Below, piece by piece: positions 24,642 through 33,938 of a stretch of DNA of 64,000 nt (position 1 is its first letter; the number at the start of each line of letters is the position of its first letter). Source of the DNA: a virus (taxonomy: Duplodnaviria > Caudoviricetes); the IMG/VR virus record IMGVR_UViG_3300032007_000058, positions 21,941-85,940 of that record. One strand, 5' to 3'. The notes below the pieces were generated by a model, which had not been told where the DNA came from, did not search any database, and was given only the letters and a program-made list of their open reading frames with translations. Both the position numbers and the translations under genes were made by a program.

Positions 24642-24947
24642 ATGGCGAAGACGTCGAAGTATCCGGAGAAGGTATGCTTCTCCATGCCGTCGTGGATGTA
24701 TGAGAGGGTCGTTCACGTTGCAGATCAGAATGGCATATCCATCGCCGAGATCGGACGCAGGGCGCTGAAAGCGTTCCTTAGACAAGATCCGGGGAGTATG
24801 GGGATGGGGAAGAGCCTTGTGAGGACCTCCTTCATGATCCCTCATAGGATGAAGAAGAATCTGATCTGTACAGCGGAGTCGGCGAACGTGACCGAGCCCG
24901 AGCTGGTCCGGCGTGCGCTGGCGCGATATCTAGGGAGGTGGAACTAG
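24642..24947 (+). CDS. tandem double ribbon-helix-helix protein
   Basis: VCFSMPSWMYERV...GISIAEIGRRALKAFL and TSFMIPHRMKKNL...VTEPELVRRALARYL. Confidence 0.75.
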   Translation: MAKTSKYPEKVCFSMPSWMYERVVHVADQNGISIAEIGRRALKAFLRQDPGSMGMGKSLVRTSFMIPHRMKKNLICTAESANVTEPELVRRALARYLGRWN

Positions 24948-24949
24948 AC

Positions 24950-25213
24950 ATGATGAGCGCGATGGAGATGAGATCCTTGCGGCGGGCGATCGCGTGGGTG
25001 CTGGACCCGGAAAGGCTGCTGGAGGAGAGGGAGATCTGCGATGTGCAGTGCTACGGGTGCGAGCATGAGGGGAAGGACGGCTGCCTCGTCAACGTGCTGG
25101 CGTGGGAGGATGGGTGCGAGCGGAAGTGGCTCTGGGACGACATCTGCAAGATCTTCGAGGACGCAGCCGTCCAGGTCGAGGATCTGCTGGAGCAGGCGGG
25201 GTGTCTGGATTGA
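24950..25213 (+). CDS. Cys-containing hypothetical protein
   Basis: GGAGG RBS; C-x3-C-x2-C-x7-C cluster. Confidence 0.65.
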   Translation: MMSAMEMRSLRRAIAWVLDPERLLEEREICDVQCYGCEHEGKDGCLVNVLAWEDGCERKWLWDDICKIFEDAAVQVEDLLEQAGCLD

Positions 25214-25278
25214 TCGAGCCCCAGCGGGGAGGGGCTCGACCGAAAAGTAGGACTATAAGAGGATAAGGTGAGGATACC

Positions 25279-25386
25279 ATGAAAAGGCTCATAACGCAAT
25301 GGTTGGAGGCTCGGAAGGCTAGGAAGGCCGAGAGGACGCGGCGTAGGCTCCATCTCGTCGTCGCATTGGATAGGGGGGATGAGTGA
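25279..25386 (+). CDS. small basic hypothetical protein (35 aa)
   Basis: GAGG RBS; stop overlaps the exonuclease start. Confidence 0.5.
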   Translation: MKRLITQWLEARKARKAERTRRRLHLVVALDRGDE

Positions 25387-26117
25387 TGTCGAAAGTAGAG
25401 GCGAAGGTGGCGAAGAAGGCGAAGGCCCATAGGCGGTATCGCCTGGCGGACGGTACGCCCGTTCCCGGCGTGACTACAGTGCTGGGCGTGATCAATAAGC
25501 CCGCGCTGGTGAAGTGGGCTAATAACCTGGGGCTCCAAGGGATCGATAGCAGCGCCTACGTGGATGAGACGGCCCGCGTGGGGACCTTGGGGCACGAGAT
25601 GATCCAGGAGTACCTCGGCGGCCCGGCTTGGGACCGTGGGGCTTGGGACGCGGGGCAAGTAGACCTGGCCGAGAACGCGGTCTTGAGCTTCTTCGAGTGG
25701 GAGCGGCAGACGGGGTATCGGATGCAGACGATCCATATCGAGCTTCCCCTTGTCAGCGAGATCAACCGCTACGGCGGGACGATCGACTGGTACGGCGAGA
25801 TCGGCGGTCAGCGCTGGCTGGTGGACATAAAGACGTCGAAGGGGCTCTGGCCGGAGCACGTGTACCAGGTAGCGGCCTATTGGATGATGCTCCAGGAGAA
25901 CGGGCTCCCCGTGGACGGGGTACGCCTCCTTCGGGTAGGGCGCACCGAGGACGAGGGGTTTGACGACCACGTTATCGACGTCCCGAAGCTCAACGTGGCT
26001 TATAACGTGTTCATGTCCGCCTTGATGCTCTATCGGGCGAAGGCGGAGTTTGAACGGTACGAGAAGGCTGAGAAGATCGAGACCGCCCCAGAGAGGGCGA
26101 AGAAAGAGGTGGCATGA
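25383..26117 (+). CDS. PD-(D/E)XK exonuclease (recombination Exo partner)
   Basis: PGVTTVL, GTLGHEMI, YGGTIDW, LVDIKTS, QVAAY. Confidence 0.85.
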   Translation: MMSKVEAKVAKKAKAHRRYRLADGTPVPGVTTVLGVINKPALVKWANNLGLQGIDSSAYVDETARVGTLGHEMIQEYLGGPAWDRGAWDAGQVDLAENAVLSFFEWERQTGYRMQTIHIELPLVSEINRYGGTIDWYGEIGGQRWLVDIKTSKGLWPEHVYQVAAYWMMLQENGLPVDGVRLLRVGRTEDEGFDDHVIDVPKLNVAYNVFMSALMLYRAKAEFERYEKAEKIETAPERAKKEVA

Positions 26118-26118
26118 G

Positions 26119-27213
26119 ATGACGACGGCGATAGCGAACGTGGCCCCCCAGGAAGGGACGATGTACCAGTGGACGCCGGAGCAGGTGGAGACCATCAAGA
26201 GGACCGTGGCGAAGGACGCCTCGGGGCCTGAGCTGGAGATGTTCCTGCACCTGAGCCGGACCTACGGGCTGGACCCATTCGCGAAGGAGATCTGGTTCAT
26301 CAAGATGGACCGGACCCCCACGATCTTCACCTCCCGCGATGGGTATCTGAAGATCGCTAACCGCGACCCCCACTTCCAGGGGATGGAGGCGGATGTGGTT
26401 TACGAGGGCGACTCTTTCAGGAAGACGAAAGACGGCGTAGATCACGTTTACGGCGTAAGGGACAGGGGACAGCCTATTGGGGCGTATTGCTTCGTACATC
26501 GGGATGATAGGGATTACCCGACGTATATCTACGCCCCCTTCAAGGACTACAACAAAGGCGGCAACTGGAACAAGTACCCCCACGCCATGATCCTCAAGGT
26601 AGCCGAGGCCCAGGCCCTCAAGCGGGCGTTCTGTATCAGCGGCCTGGTCACGCGCGAGGAGATCGAGGAGGAGCCCGAGGAGCAGCGCCCTGTGACTAGG
26701 AGGGCGGCGGCTCCGGCTCCACAGAGCGCGGAGATGGACAGGAAGTCTGGGCTGTGGCACAGGCTCCTGGACGCCTTCGATGGAGATGTGGACGCGGCGA
26801 AGGCCCTGGCCCTGAAGGTCACGGGCGGGCGTGGCTCGAAGGAGTGGACGGAGGCGGATATGTCCGCTCTTGAAGAGGCGATCGATGGGCTCACCGTGCC
26901 CCAGCCGCAGGAAGTGGGGACCATCATCCCGGAGATGCTCCCCCTCGACGAACCTCCCGCCCAGGACGCCGCCGCTCCTATCGAGCCCGAGGTGGTCGAG
27001 GAGGAGCCTGAGACGCCGGAGGATAGGATGCGTGCAGAGATACAGGAGCTCCTCGGATCCGGCGGTCTGGACCTCTCCTTGCCAGAGCGAGAGCAATTCG
27101 TCTGGGAGCGGACGAAGAAGACGGATCTGAAGGCCCTGTCCATGGGGGAGCTGTCGAAGGTAGCCAGGGACGCGCGGGGGCAGTTAGAGAAGCGCGCCAA
27201 AGTCGAGGAGTGA
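26119..27213 (+). CDS. bet: Bet/RecT-family single-strand annealing protein
   Basis: ELEMFLHLSRTYGLDPFAKEIWFIK, TSRDGYLKIA, W.K.PHAMILKVAEAQALKRAF. Confidence 0.9.
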   Translation: MTTAIANVAPQEGTMYQWTPEQVETIKRTVAKDASGPELEMFLHLSRTYGLDPFAKEIWFIKMDRTPTIFTSRDGYLKIANRDPHFQGMEADVVYEGDSFRKTKDGVDHVYGVRDRGQPIGAYCFVHRDDRDYPTYIYAPFKDYNKGGNWNKYPHAMILKVAEAQALKRAFCISGLVTREEIEEEPEEQRPVTRRAAAPAPQSAEMDRKSGLWHRLLDAFDGDVDAAKALALKVTGGRGSKEWTEADMSALEEAIDGLTVPQPQEVGTIIPEMLPLDEPPAQDAAAPIEPEVVEEEPETPEDRMRAEIQELLGSGGLDLSLPEREQFVWERTKKTDLKALSMGELSKVARDARGQLEKRAKVEE

Positions 27214-27222
27214 TAAAGAACC

Positions 27223-27723
27223 ATGGCGACAGGGTTGAATCAAGTGACGTGCCTTGGGGGGCTGACGAAGGACCCCGAAGTGCAGCAAGGGCGTGACGGG
27301 GGATCTGCGTGGCTGCGCTTCTCCCTGGCCTGTGGCCGTAATGCGAAAGATAGGGACGGGCAGTGGCGCGAGGAGACGGACTATGTGCCCTGCATCGCTT
27401 TTGGACGCACGGCGGAGAATATCGAGAAACACTGCGTCAAGGGCACGCGGATCCTCGTGATGGGGAGCCTGAAGAACAAGGAATATAAGACCAGGGACGG
27501 CGAGAGGCGCTGGGATACGCGCGTCTATGTGTCGTCGTTCTGCTTCGCTGGCGGGAAGAGGAAAGACGACGACAGGGGCTACGACGATAGCCGCAGGGAC
27601 GCGCCACCGCCTCGGGGCAAGGAAGATGAATTCCCCTCGGACTTCAGCGAGTACGAGGGCGGCGGATTCTCCTTTCGCGAAGGCCCACAGGTGAACGGCG
27701 AGGAAGTGGAGATCCCATTTTGA
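27223..27723 (+). CDS. ssb: single-stranded DNA-binding protein
   Basis: LNQVTCLGGLTKDPE, TDYVPCIAFGRTAE, acidic tail ending EIPF. Confidence 0.92.
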   Translation: MATGLNQVTCLGGLTKDPEVQQGRDGGSAWLRFSLACGRNAKDRDGQWREETDYVPCIAFGRTAENIEKHCVKGTRILVMGSLKNKEYKTRDGERRWDTRVYVSSFCFAGGKRKDDDRGYDDSRRDAPPPRGKEDEFPSDFSEYEGGGFSFREGPQVNGEEVEIPF

Positions 27724-27740
27724 GAGAGGGGGTGCAGGGC

Positions 27741-28424
27741 ATGATCTTCGGGAAAGAGATCCGGGCGCGGCGTCTGGAGCTGGGGCTATCACAGCCAGCG
27801 CTGGAGCGCCTGTCGGGTGTGGGCTACCGTGTCATCTCGAGTATCGAGAGCGGGGTACGCTTTGGCTCCTATGAGTCCCGGCTCGCCCTGGCTCGTGCCC
27901 TGGCCCTGGATGAAGCCGCGATGGTGGAGGGGGCTGACTCCCACGAGTTCGCTCCGATAGGCTCCGGCGAGAAACTTCGGGCGCGGCGGGAGGAGCTAGA
28001 GCTCTCGATCGCAGAGCTGGCGCGGATAGCCGGGACGAACGAGGAGACCATCTCTAAGGCCGAGAGAGGCAAGACTAGACCTTTATTATCGACCTGGACT
28101 CGCTTAGAGAAGGCCTTGCTCCGATACGCCAGTGCGATAGGGGGATCCTCTAGTGTTATATCCACGCGTCCCTACGTGTACCGTTATAAAGGGAAGGTCC
28201 TAGCGCATTCCTTCACGGAGGGGCAGGCGTACATCTTCGTCCTGCGGCGGGGGCGGGCAGATGCGATGGGGCCTTTCCATATCTCGAATACACGGCGCTT
28301 CGTGTTCCTGCGGGACGAGCCGGGGCAGGGCTGCCTGCTCCACGTGTTCCGCCATCACGAGGGCGGCTGGCTGGAGACCTTCACCGACGCGCAGTGTAGC
28401 GATTACAAGATCTCGGAGGTGTAG
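27741..28424 (+). CDS. double XRE-HTH protein with a C-terminal accessory domain
   Basis: Two HTH units (IRARRLELGLSQPALERLSGV; LRARREELELSIAELARIAGT). Confidence 0.85.
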   Translation: MIFGKEIRARRLELGLSQPALERLSGVGYRVISSIESGVRFGSYESRLALARALALDEAAMVEGADSHEFAPIGSGEKLRARREELELSIAELARIAGTNEETISKAERGKTRPLLSTWTRLEKALLRYASAIGGSSSVISTRPYVYRYKGKVLAHSFTEGQAYIFVLRRGRADAMGPFHISNTRRFVFLRDEPGQGCLLHVFRHHEGGWLETFTDAQCSDYKISEV

Positions 28425-28426
28425 AG

Positions 28427-29023
28427 ATGGCAAAGGAGAAAGAGGACTGGGGGCGGCGGCTCCTGGCGTTCTATAGCCCGTATCCCGGCGCGGGAAAGAC
28501 CACGGCGGCGCGGCGGGCGCTCGACGGGCGACGATGCAAAAAGTACCGCATCGCCTTCGCCGACCCGCTATACGACATCGTGGCCAGCATCAGCGCCCAC
28601 CTGGGGCTGGCGGCGAAGCACGGCGAGCTGCGGGACAGGAAGGACGAGCCCCTGCCCGAGCTGGGCGGCGCGTCGGTCCGGGACCTCCTGATCGGATTCG
28701 GCGCGAAGGGCCGCGAGATCTTCCCCGACCTCTGGGTGGAGTTCATGCGCGGGCGGCTGGGCAACTTCTCGCGCATCGGGGAGACGTGGATCGCCATCGA
28801 CGACCTGCGTTTCCCCAACGAGTACGCGATGCTCCGGGAGGAGGGCGCGAAGATCGTGCGCGTCACGGTGCCGGGCCGCGAGATCGTCCCATCCGAGACG
28901 GAGGCCCTTCTGGAGGGTTTCGCCTTCGACGCGGAGCTGGTGAATCTCCAGGAGGACATGCGCACCTTCGATGCCCAGGTGGACGTCCTCTGCCGCGACC
29001 TGTTCCCGGAGGCCGGGGCGTGA
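28427..29023 (+). CDS. deoxynucleoside monophosphate kinase
   Basis: GAGKTT Walker A, IAFADPL, RDLLIGFG, DLWV, IDDLRFPNEY. Confidence 0.88.
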   Translation: MAKEKEDWGRRLLAFYSPYPGAGKTTAARRALDGRRCKKYRIAFADPLYDIVASISAHLGLAAKHGELRDRKDEPLPELGGASVRDLLIGFGAKGREIFPDLWVEFMRGRLGNFSRIGETWIAIDDLRFPNEYAMLREEGAKIVRVTVPGREIVPSETEALLEGFAFDAELVNLQEDMRTFDAQVDVLCRDLFPEAGA

Positions 29024-29340
29024 CCGGGGCGGCACCGAGGGACTGGACGCTCCGTGGGCTCATGGACGCCATCGAGCGCTGGAAGCCCGACAAGGACCGC
29101 CCGAAGGAGGACGCGCTGGCATTGCTACTCCTCACGACGATCGCGGGGGTCTTCCTCGCCGCCGATGGGGAAAAGGTGCAGTACAAGGAGCGGACGCGCG
29201 ACGTGGGGCACGTCGACGGCTTCCTGGTGAACCGCTACCGGCGTATGGAAGTGATGGGCGTCCCCTTCGAGGCGATGGGATTCACGGAGGCCGAGAAGGC
29301 CCAGATCCGGGACTGGTACGAGATGGAGGGAGATGCATGA
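29020..29340 (+). CDS. hypothetical protein (GTG start)
   Basis: GTGA overlap with the kinase stop; GGAGG RBS; 3' part of track ORF 28534..29340. Confidence 0.6.
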   Translation: MTGAAPRDWTLRGLMDAIERWKPDKDRPKEDALALLLLTTIAGVFLAADGEKVQYKERTRDVGHVDGFLVNRYRRMEVMGVPFEAMGFTEAEKAQIRDWYEMEGDA

Positions 29341-29657
29341 GATCCATCGAGGGCAAGATGCCCAAGGGCATCAAGAAGGGCGCGGCGCGGTGCTCCATCT
29401 GCAAGGAGCCTATCCCCGCGGGCATCCGCATCCGCGCGGCGATCGAGCGGGACCGGGACGACCCGGACGGGCCGCCCGTGATATCCCCGGTCCATCCGGC
29501 CTGCCTGGCCCAGTACCTCCGGCGGCATCCGGACTGGACGGACCACCGGGACGATCCGGGGGCCCTCCCCGACGCGCTGGTGCGGCGGTTCTGGGTGGAC
29601 CTGGGCCGGAGGAAGGGCTGGGGCGATTTTATCGAGCGGGCGCTGCCGCTCTGTTAG
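29337..29657 (+). CDS. putative zinc-finger protein (CxxC...HxxC)
   Basis: RCSICKEPI...VHPACL; ATGA overlap. Confidence 0.65.
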   Translation: MRSIEGKMPKGIKKGAARCSICKEPIPAGIRIRAAIERDRDDPDGPPVISPVHPACLAQYLRRHPDWTDHRDDPGALPDALVRRFWVDLGRRKGWGDFIERALPLC

Positions 29658-29667
29658 GAGGATGCGT

Positions 29668-29823
29668 ATGGACAGGCCAAAGCCAAAGGGCGAGAAGCGC
29701 AAGGTGGTGGGCGTCGCTATGCCGGAAGACGTCTACCGCGCGATATGCGACAAGGCGGTGAAGGAGCATCGGAGCGTGTCCAACCTGATCGCCCACATCC
29801 TGGCCACATCGGTCGAGCGGTGA
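29668..29823 (+). CDS. ribbon-helix-helix protein (51 aa)
   Basis: KVVGVAMPEDVYRAICDKAVKEHRSVSNLIAHIL; resembles 23951..24163; AGGAGG RBS; translated by hand. Confidence 0.75.
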   Translation: MDRPKPKGEKRKVVGVAMPEDVYRAICDKAVKEHRSVSNLIAHILATSVER

Positions 29824-29844
29824 CGCCACCGAGATATAGGAGGA

Positions 29845-30174
29845 ATGCACATGAACATGGCGAAGCTCCAGAGGGAGATACACGAGAACGCCGTCGCCCA
29901 CGGATGGTGGGACGAGCCCCGGACTTTCGGCGACGTCATCGCGCTGTGCCACAGCGAGCTGTCCGAGGCGCTGGAGGCGCACCGGAACGGCGAGGCGATG
30001 GCCTGGACGAACGAGGCCGGGAAGCCCGAGGGCGTGGCCGTGGAGATGGCGGACTGCATCATCCGCATCCTCGACTGGGCGGGGCACGAGGGGATGGACA
30101 TGGAGACGCTCGTGTGGAGGAAGCACGAGTACAACAAGACGCGCCCGTACCGGCACGGAGGGAAGGCGCTATGA
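29845..30174 (+). CDS. MazG-like nucleotide pyrophosphohydrolase
   Basis: HSELSEALEA, EMADCIIRILD, K..YNKTRPYRHGGK. Confidence 0.88.
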   Translation: MHMNMAKLQREIHENAVAHGWWDEPRTFGDVIALCHSELSEALEAHRNGEAMAWTNEAGKPEGVAVEMADCIIRILDWAGHEGMDMETLVWRKHEYNKTRPYRHGGKAL

Positions 30175-30190
30175 CTGGGGGCAAGGCGCT

Positions 30191-30394
30191 GTGATGGGCG
30201 AGCGAATCATCAGGAACGCGGCCAGGTGCAACCACTGCGGGGACATCATCGAGAGCAAGCACAGGCACGATTTTAAATCATGTTCTTGCGGGCGGATTTT
30301 TGTGGACGGCGGGCATTGTTACCTGCGATGGGGCGCTATGCGTATGGATGATTTCACGGACCTGTCAGAGGTTGAGGAGGTAGACGATGAGTGA
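30191..30394 (+). CDS. small zinc-ribbon phage protein
   Basis: NAARCNHCGDIIES.HRHDF..CSCG...VDGG. Confidence 0.8.
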   Translation: MMGERIIRNAARCNHCGDIIESKHRHDFKSCSCGRIFVDGGHCYLRWGAMRMDDFTDLSEVEEVDDE

Positions 30395-30686
30395 AAAATT
30401 GAAACCCTGTCCATTCTGTGGCGGGGATGCTGAGTTTAAAGAAGACATCTATGTCCAAGACGGTGACAAAGGCAGCTATGCGAAAGTCTCGTGTTCCAGA
30501 TGTTTGGCATGTATATCAGATGGCGGACAGTGGTTCGATCAAGAGTCGCACGATCTCATGAAGAACAGTGTTATCGAGGATTGGCAACGACGCGCAGATA
30601 AGGAGCTGGAAAAGGTGACGATGTTCTTAAATCGTCTGCACAAAGCAGTTGATAAAGCTGTCATGATCGTAGAAGAGTGGCTATAG
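30387..30686 (+). CDS. Lar-like restriction alleviation protein 1
   Basis: LKPCPFCGG...VSCSRC. Confidence 0.8.
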   Translation: MSEKLKPCPFCGGDAEFKEDIYVQDGDKGSYAKVSCSRCLACISDGGQWFDQESHDLMKNSVIEDWQRRADKELEKVTMFLNRLHKAVDKAVMIVEEWL

Positions 30687-30698
30687 GAGGCCCCATCG

Positions 30699-30893
30699 AT
30701 GAGTAAAGAGCTTGATCCATGCCCCAGGTGCGGGACCAGGAGATGGCTGAAGGAGGTCTGCTACGACACCATCCCCACCCAGCGCTTCTATACGATCCGA
30801 TGTGACAAGTGCAAGCTGGAGGGATGGATAACTGGAAGCCATGAGGAAGCTATATTCGAGTGGAATTGGGGGATGGCCCATGGCGGTTATTGA
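30699..30893 (+). CDS. Lar-like protein 2
   Basis: LDPCPRCG...IRCDKC...EAIFEWN. Confidence 0.75.
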   Translation: MSKELDPCPRCGTRRWLKEVCYDTIPTQRFYTIRCDKCKLEGWITGSHEEAIFEWNWGMAHGGY

Positions 30894-31230
30894 ACTTAGG
30901 CCTTGCACGTTCTGCGGCGGGGAGGCCGAGATGGAGATGGACGAGGCCGGGCTGCATCTGGTGCGGTGCCAGGAGTGCGCGATGGCGACGCCCCCGGAAT
31001 ATCGCCCGGACCAGGCGGTGGCGGACTGGAACGCGATGTGGGACGGGGCCCTGAAACCCTGCCCCTTCTGCGGCGAGGATGCGATCGCCGCGTATGACAG
31101 CCGGGGGCTGCCCTGCGTCATGTGCAGGCGGTGCGCATGCCGTACCGCCCCGTGCATCGGGGAGCCCAGCCCGGAGGCGAACCTGAAGGCCGCCCGCGCC
31201 GCCTGGAACAGGAGGGCGTGCGATGCGTGA
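30880..31230 (+). CDS. Lar-like protein 3 (two fused Lar domains)
   Basis: LRPCTFCGG...VRCQEC...AVADWN followed by LKPCPFCG...VMCRRC...AARAAWNRR. Confidence 0.8.
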   Translation: MAVIELRPCTFCGGEAEMEMDEAGLHLVRCQECAMATPPEYRPDQAVADWNAMWDGALKPCPFCGEDAIAAYDSRGLPCVMCRRCACRTAPCIGEPSPEANLKAARAAWNRRACDA

Positions 31231-31399
31231 GGAGCTGAAGCCCTGCCCGTTCTGCGGCAGCTCGAACGTCCGCTTCTATGAGAGGCGGGGGGCGTACCAG
31301 GCGGCTTGCATGGATTGCGAGGCCCGCGCCCAGTACGCCTACTCCAGGAAGGAGGCCGTCTCCAATTGGAACAGGAGGGCTGGAAATGAGAACGAGTAG
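31223..31399 (+). CDS. Lar-like protein 4 (58 aa, not in the ORF track)
   Basis: MREELKPCPFCGSSNVRF...ACMDCEA...EAVSNWNRR; translated by hand. Confidence 0.8.
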   Translation: MREELKPCPFCGSSNVRFYERRGAYQAACMDCEARAQYAYSRKEAVSNWNRRAGNENE

Positions 31400-31664
31400 A
31401 AAGCTGAAGCCGTGCCCACTTGACGACATAATTTCCGCTAGGGAGTACATCGAATTGGAGCCCTGCCCGTTCTGCGGGAGCTCGAATCTTTACCTCGGCG
31501 AACTCAACGGCCCGCTTGAAGACGGGATGACGGTTTACGTCCGTTGCCTGGATTGCGGGGCGACGATCGAGGGCGAGGGCGTCCATCCCGAGGACGAGAC
31601 GCGCCGGGGGCTGGCGACGCGGGACGCGGCGGCGCGGTGGAATAAGCGTGAGTGGAAGAGATGA
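31386..31664 (+). CDS. Lar-like protein 5
   Basis: LKPCPL false start, then LEPCPFCGSSNL...VRCLDCGA...AAARWNKR. Confidence 0.8.
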   Translation: MRTSRKLKPCPLDDIISAREYIELEPCPFCGSSNLYLGELNGPLEDGMTVYVRCLDCGATIEGEGVHPEDETRRGLATRDAAARWNKREWKR

Positions 31665-31948
31665 GCAGCTACACGTCCGGGCCGTGGCGGGTCGGCCCCC
31701 CGATCTTTGATGGCGATGTCATCTTCGCCCCGCCTCAGACCGAGGGGCGCAGAAACGAGGTCGTCGCCATGGGGATTTTAAACAAGGCCGACGCCCGATT
31801 GATCGCCGCCGCGCCAGATCTGTTGAGGCTTTTGAGGATCGCTTACGACGATCTCCGCGAGCTCGGGTTTTGTACCGTATTGCCCGAGATCGATGAGATC
31901 CTTACGAGGATCGAGGGCAAAGAAGGGAAGGATCTAAATGAGCCTTGA
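31661..31948 (+). CDS. phage hypothetical protein of the GPW...ARLIAAAPDL type
   Basis: TSGPWRV...ADARLIAAAPDLL. Confidence 0.8.
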   Translation: MSSYTSGPWRVGPPIFDGDVIFAPPQTEGRRNEVVAMGILNKADARLIAAAPDLLRLLRIAYDDLRELGFCTVLPEIDEILTRIEGKEGKDLNEP

Positions 31949-32249
31949 GCCAGAGGGCGGCCCGTGGAACATTTACCCGCTTGAGGACGGGGATGAGCTG
32001 CTTGACGCCCATAACGATATCCTCTTGAAGTTTCCTGTAGGTATCGAGCCAAAAACAAAGCGGGCGATAGTCGCTGTGCCAGAGCTTTTAGATGAGCTGC
32101 ACGCCCTTTTGGACTATATGCCTTATGTCCCTGCTTACCAGTGTTACAAAGGTCCGGGCGAGACGTGGGACGATGCCATACGGGCCCATGAGGACGTCGA
32201 GCGTGTGCTGGCGTTATTGAGGCGTATCTATGGCGAGGAGAAGGCATGA
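31938..32249 (+). CDS. diverged paralogue of the preceding gene
   Basis: GGPWNI...KRAIVAVPELL. Confidence 0.7.
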   Translation: MSLEPEGGPWNIYPLEDGDELLDAHNDILLKFPVGIEPKTKRAIVAVPELLDELHALLDYMPYVPAYQCYKGPGETWDDAIRAHEDVERVLALLRRIYGEEKA

Positions 32250-32324
32250 GCGAGGCCCCCGCGCCAACGGGGGCCCCGCATGAGACATACCGAAGCATAT
32301 CACCTATAGAGGAGAGTATAGCAC

Positions 32325-33938
32325 ATGATAAGACTGGAAGGAAGCATCGACTATTACCCGACCCCCGCCGCGTTCCTTGAGGATATCACTCGGGGGCTGG
32401 ACTGGAAGATGGTCGGCTCTGCCTTGGAGCCTTCGGCCGGGAAGGGGGATATCGCGGAGTTCCTGCTGCGCAAGATGGAGCCGCGATACTGGTATGGGGT
32501 CAAGGAGCGGACGGTGGATATCGACTGCATCGAGATCGAGCCGGACCTGCGCTCCATCCTGATCGGGAAGGGCTTTCGCGTAGTGCATGACGACTTCCTG
32601 ACGCTCCATACCTACAAGCACTACAGCCTGATCCTGATGAACCCGCCATTCTCCGAGGGGGCGAAACATCTCCTGAAGGCTATCGAGGTCCAGTCCGTCT
32701 CTGGGGGAGATATCATCTGCATCTTGAACGCGGAGACGCTGCGGAACGCATACACGAACGAGCGTGGATCGCTCCTGAGAAAGCTGGACGCGATGGGGGC
32801 GGATATCGAGTATCACGAGGGCGCGTTCTCTCACGCGGAGCGCCCTACGGATGTCGATGTCGCCGTCGTGAAGGTAACGGTCCCCGCGCCGGTGCGGAGG
32901 AGCACGGTCTTCGACACGCTGCGCGAAAAGAAGTACGAGGAGATCCAGCGGGAGATGGAGGAGCGCGAACTGGCCCCATCAGATATCGTGTCCGCCTATG
33001 TCGCCCAGTACGACCGGGAGGTCGAGTGGGGGCTGCGGCTCTGGGACGAGTTTCAGATCATGCGGGGCGGGGCGTTGAAGCGGACGACTCCGATCTCGAT
33101 ATGCATCGCGAACGGGTACAACGACAAGGAGGATTTTGGCATCAACGCCTACGTGCAGGCGGTGCGGCGGAAGTATTGGGATACGCTATTCAAGACGCCG
33201 CAGCTTACGGACAAGATGACGTCTAATCTGAGGAGCGAGTATCTGTCGCAGGTAGATACCTTCGTGGGGTACGACTTCTCCTATTTCAACGTCAAGACAG
33301 TCATGGCCGATATCGCTAAGAATCTGACATCGGGCGTGGAGGAGTGCATCCTGCGGCTCTTCGACCAACTCTCGGCGGACCACGCCTGGGAGCCTGGAAC
33401 GCAGAACAACGTCCACTATTACGATGGCTGGGCGACCAATAAGAGCTGGTATATCAACAAGCGGGTGGTCCTGGCATCGATGAGGACGTGGGACGACACC
33501 TTCAAGAGATACAGCTTTGATTACGGCGTGCGTGAGAAGCTGGCGGATATCGAGAAGGCGTTGAACTACCTGGATAGCGGTCGGACGGATGAGATCGACC
33601 TGGAGGCGCGGCTCCAAGCGGCCCAGGAGGCCCAGCGGGTCAGGGACGTGGACCTAAAGTATTTCAAGGCTACGTTCTATAAGAAGGGGACCTGTCATAT
33701 CGAATTTAAGGATGAGCGGCTCCTTAAGAAGCTCAACATCTTCGGGAGCCAGCGCAAGGGTTGGCTCCCCAGCGGCTACGGCAGGCGGCGCTATGCGGAT
33801 ATGTCGAAGGAGGAGCAGCATGTCATCGATTCCTTCGAGGGGGCTGCGGCCTACGAGCGGACGGTGAGCGATGCGGGATACTTCCTGTTCAACGCGGCGC
33901 GGGCTATCCCGATGCTCCAGGGGGCGACTACGGCATGA
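32325..33938 (+). CDS. N6-adenine-type DNA methyltransferase with a DUF4942-like C-terminal region
   Basis: YYPTP, LEPSAGKG (motif I), CIEIEP, DDFL, ILMNPPF (motif IV); C-terminal YFKATFYKKGTCHIEF. Confidence 0.85.
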   Translation: MIRLEGSIDYYPTPAAFLEDITRGLDWKMVGSALEPSAGKGDIAEFLLRKMEPRYWYGVKERTVDIDCIEIEPDLRSILIGKGFRVVHDDFLTLHTYKHYSLILMNPPFSEGAKHLLKAIEVQSVSGGDIICILNAETLRNAYTNERGSLLRKLDAMGADIEYHEGAFSHAERPTDVDVAVVKVTVPAPVRRSTVFDTLREKKYEEIQREMEERELAPSDIVSAYVAQYDREVEWGLRLWDEFQIMRGGALKRTTPISICIANGYNDKEDFGINAYVQAVRRKYWDTLFKTPQLTDKMTSNLRSEYLSQVDTFVGYDFSYFNVKTVMADIAKNLTSGVEECILRLFDQLSADHAWEPGTQNNVHYYDGWATNKSWYINKRVVLASMRTWDDTFKRYSFDYGVREKLADIEKALNYLDSGRTDEIDLEARLQAAQEAQRVRDVDLKYFKATFYKKGTCHIEFKDERLLKKLNIFGSQRKGWLPSGYGRRRYADMSKEEQHVIDSFEGAAAYERTVSDAGYFLFNAARAIPMLQGATTA

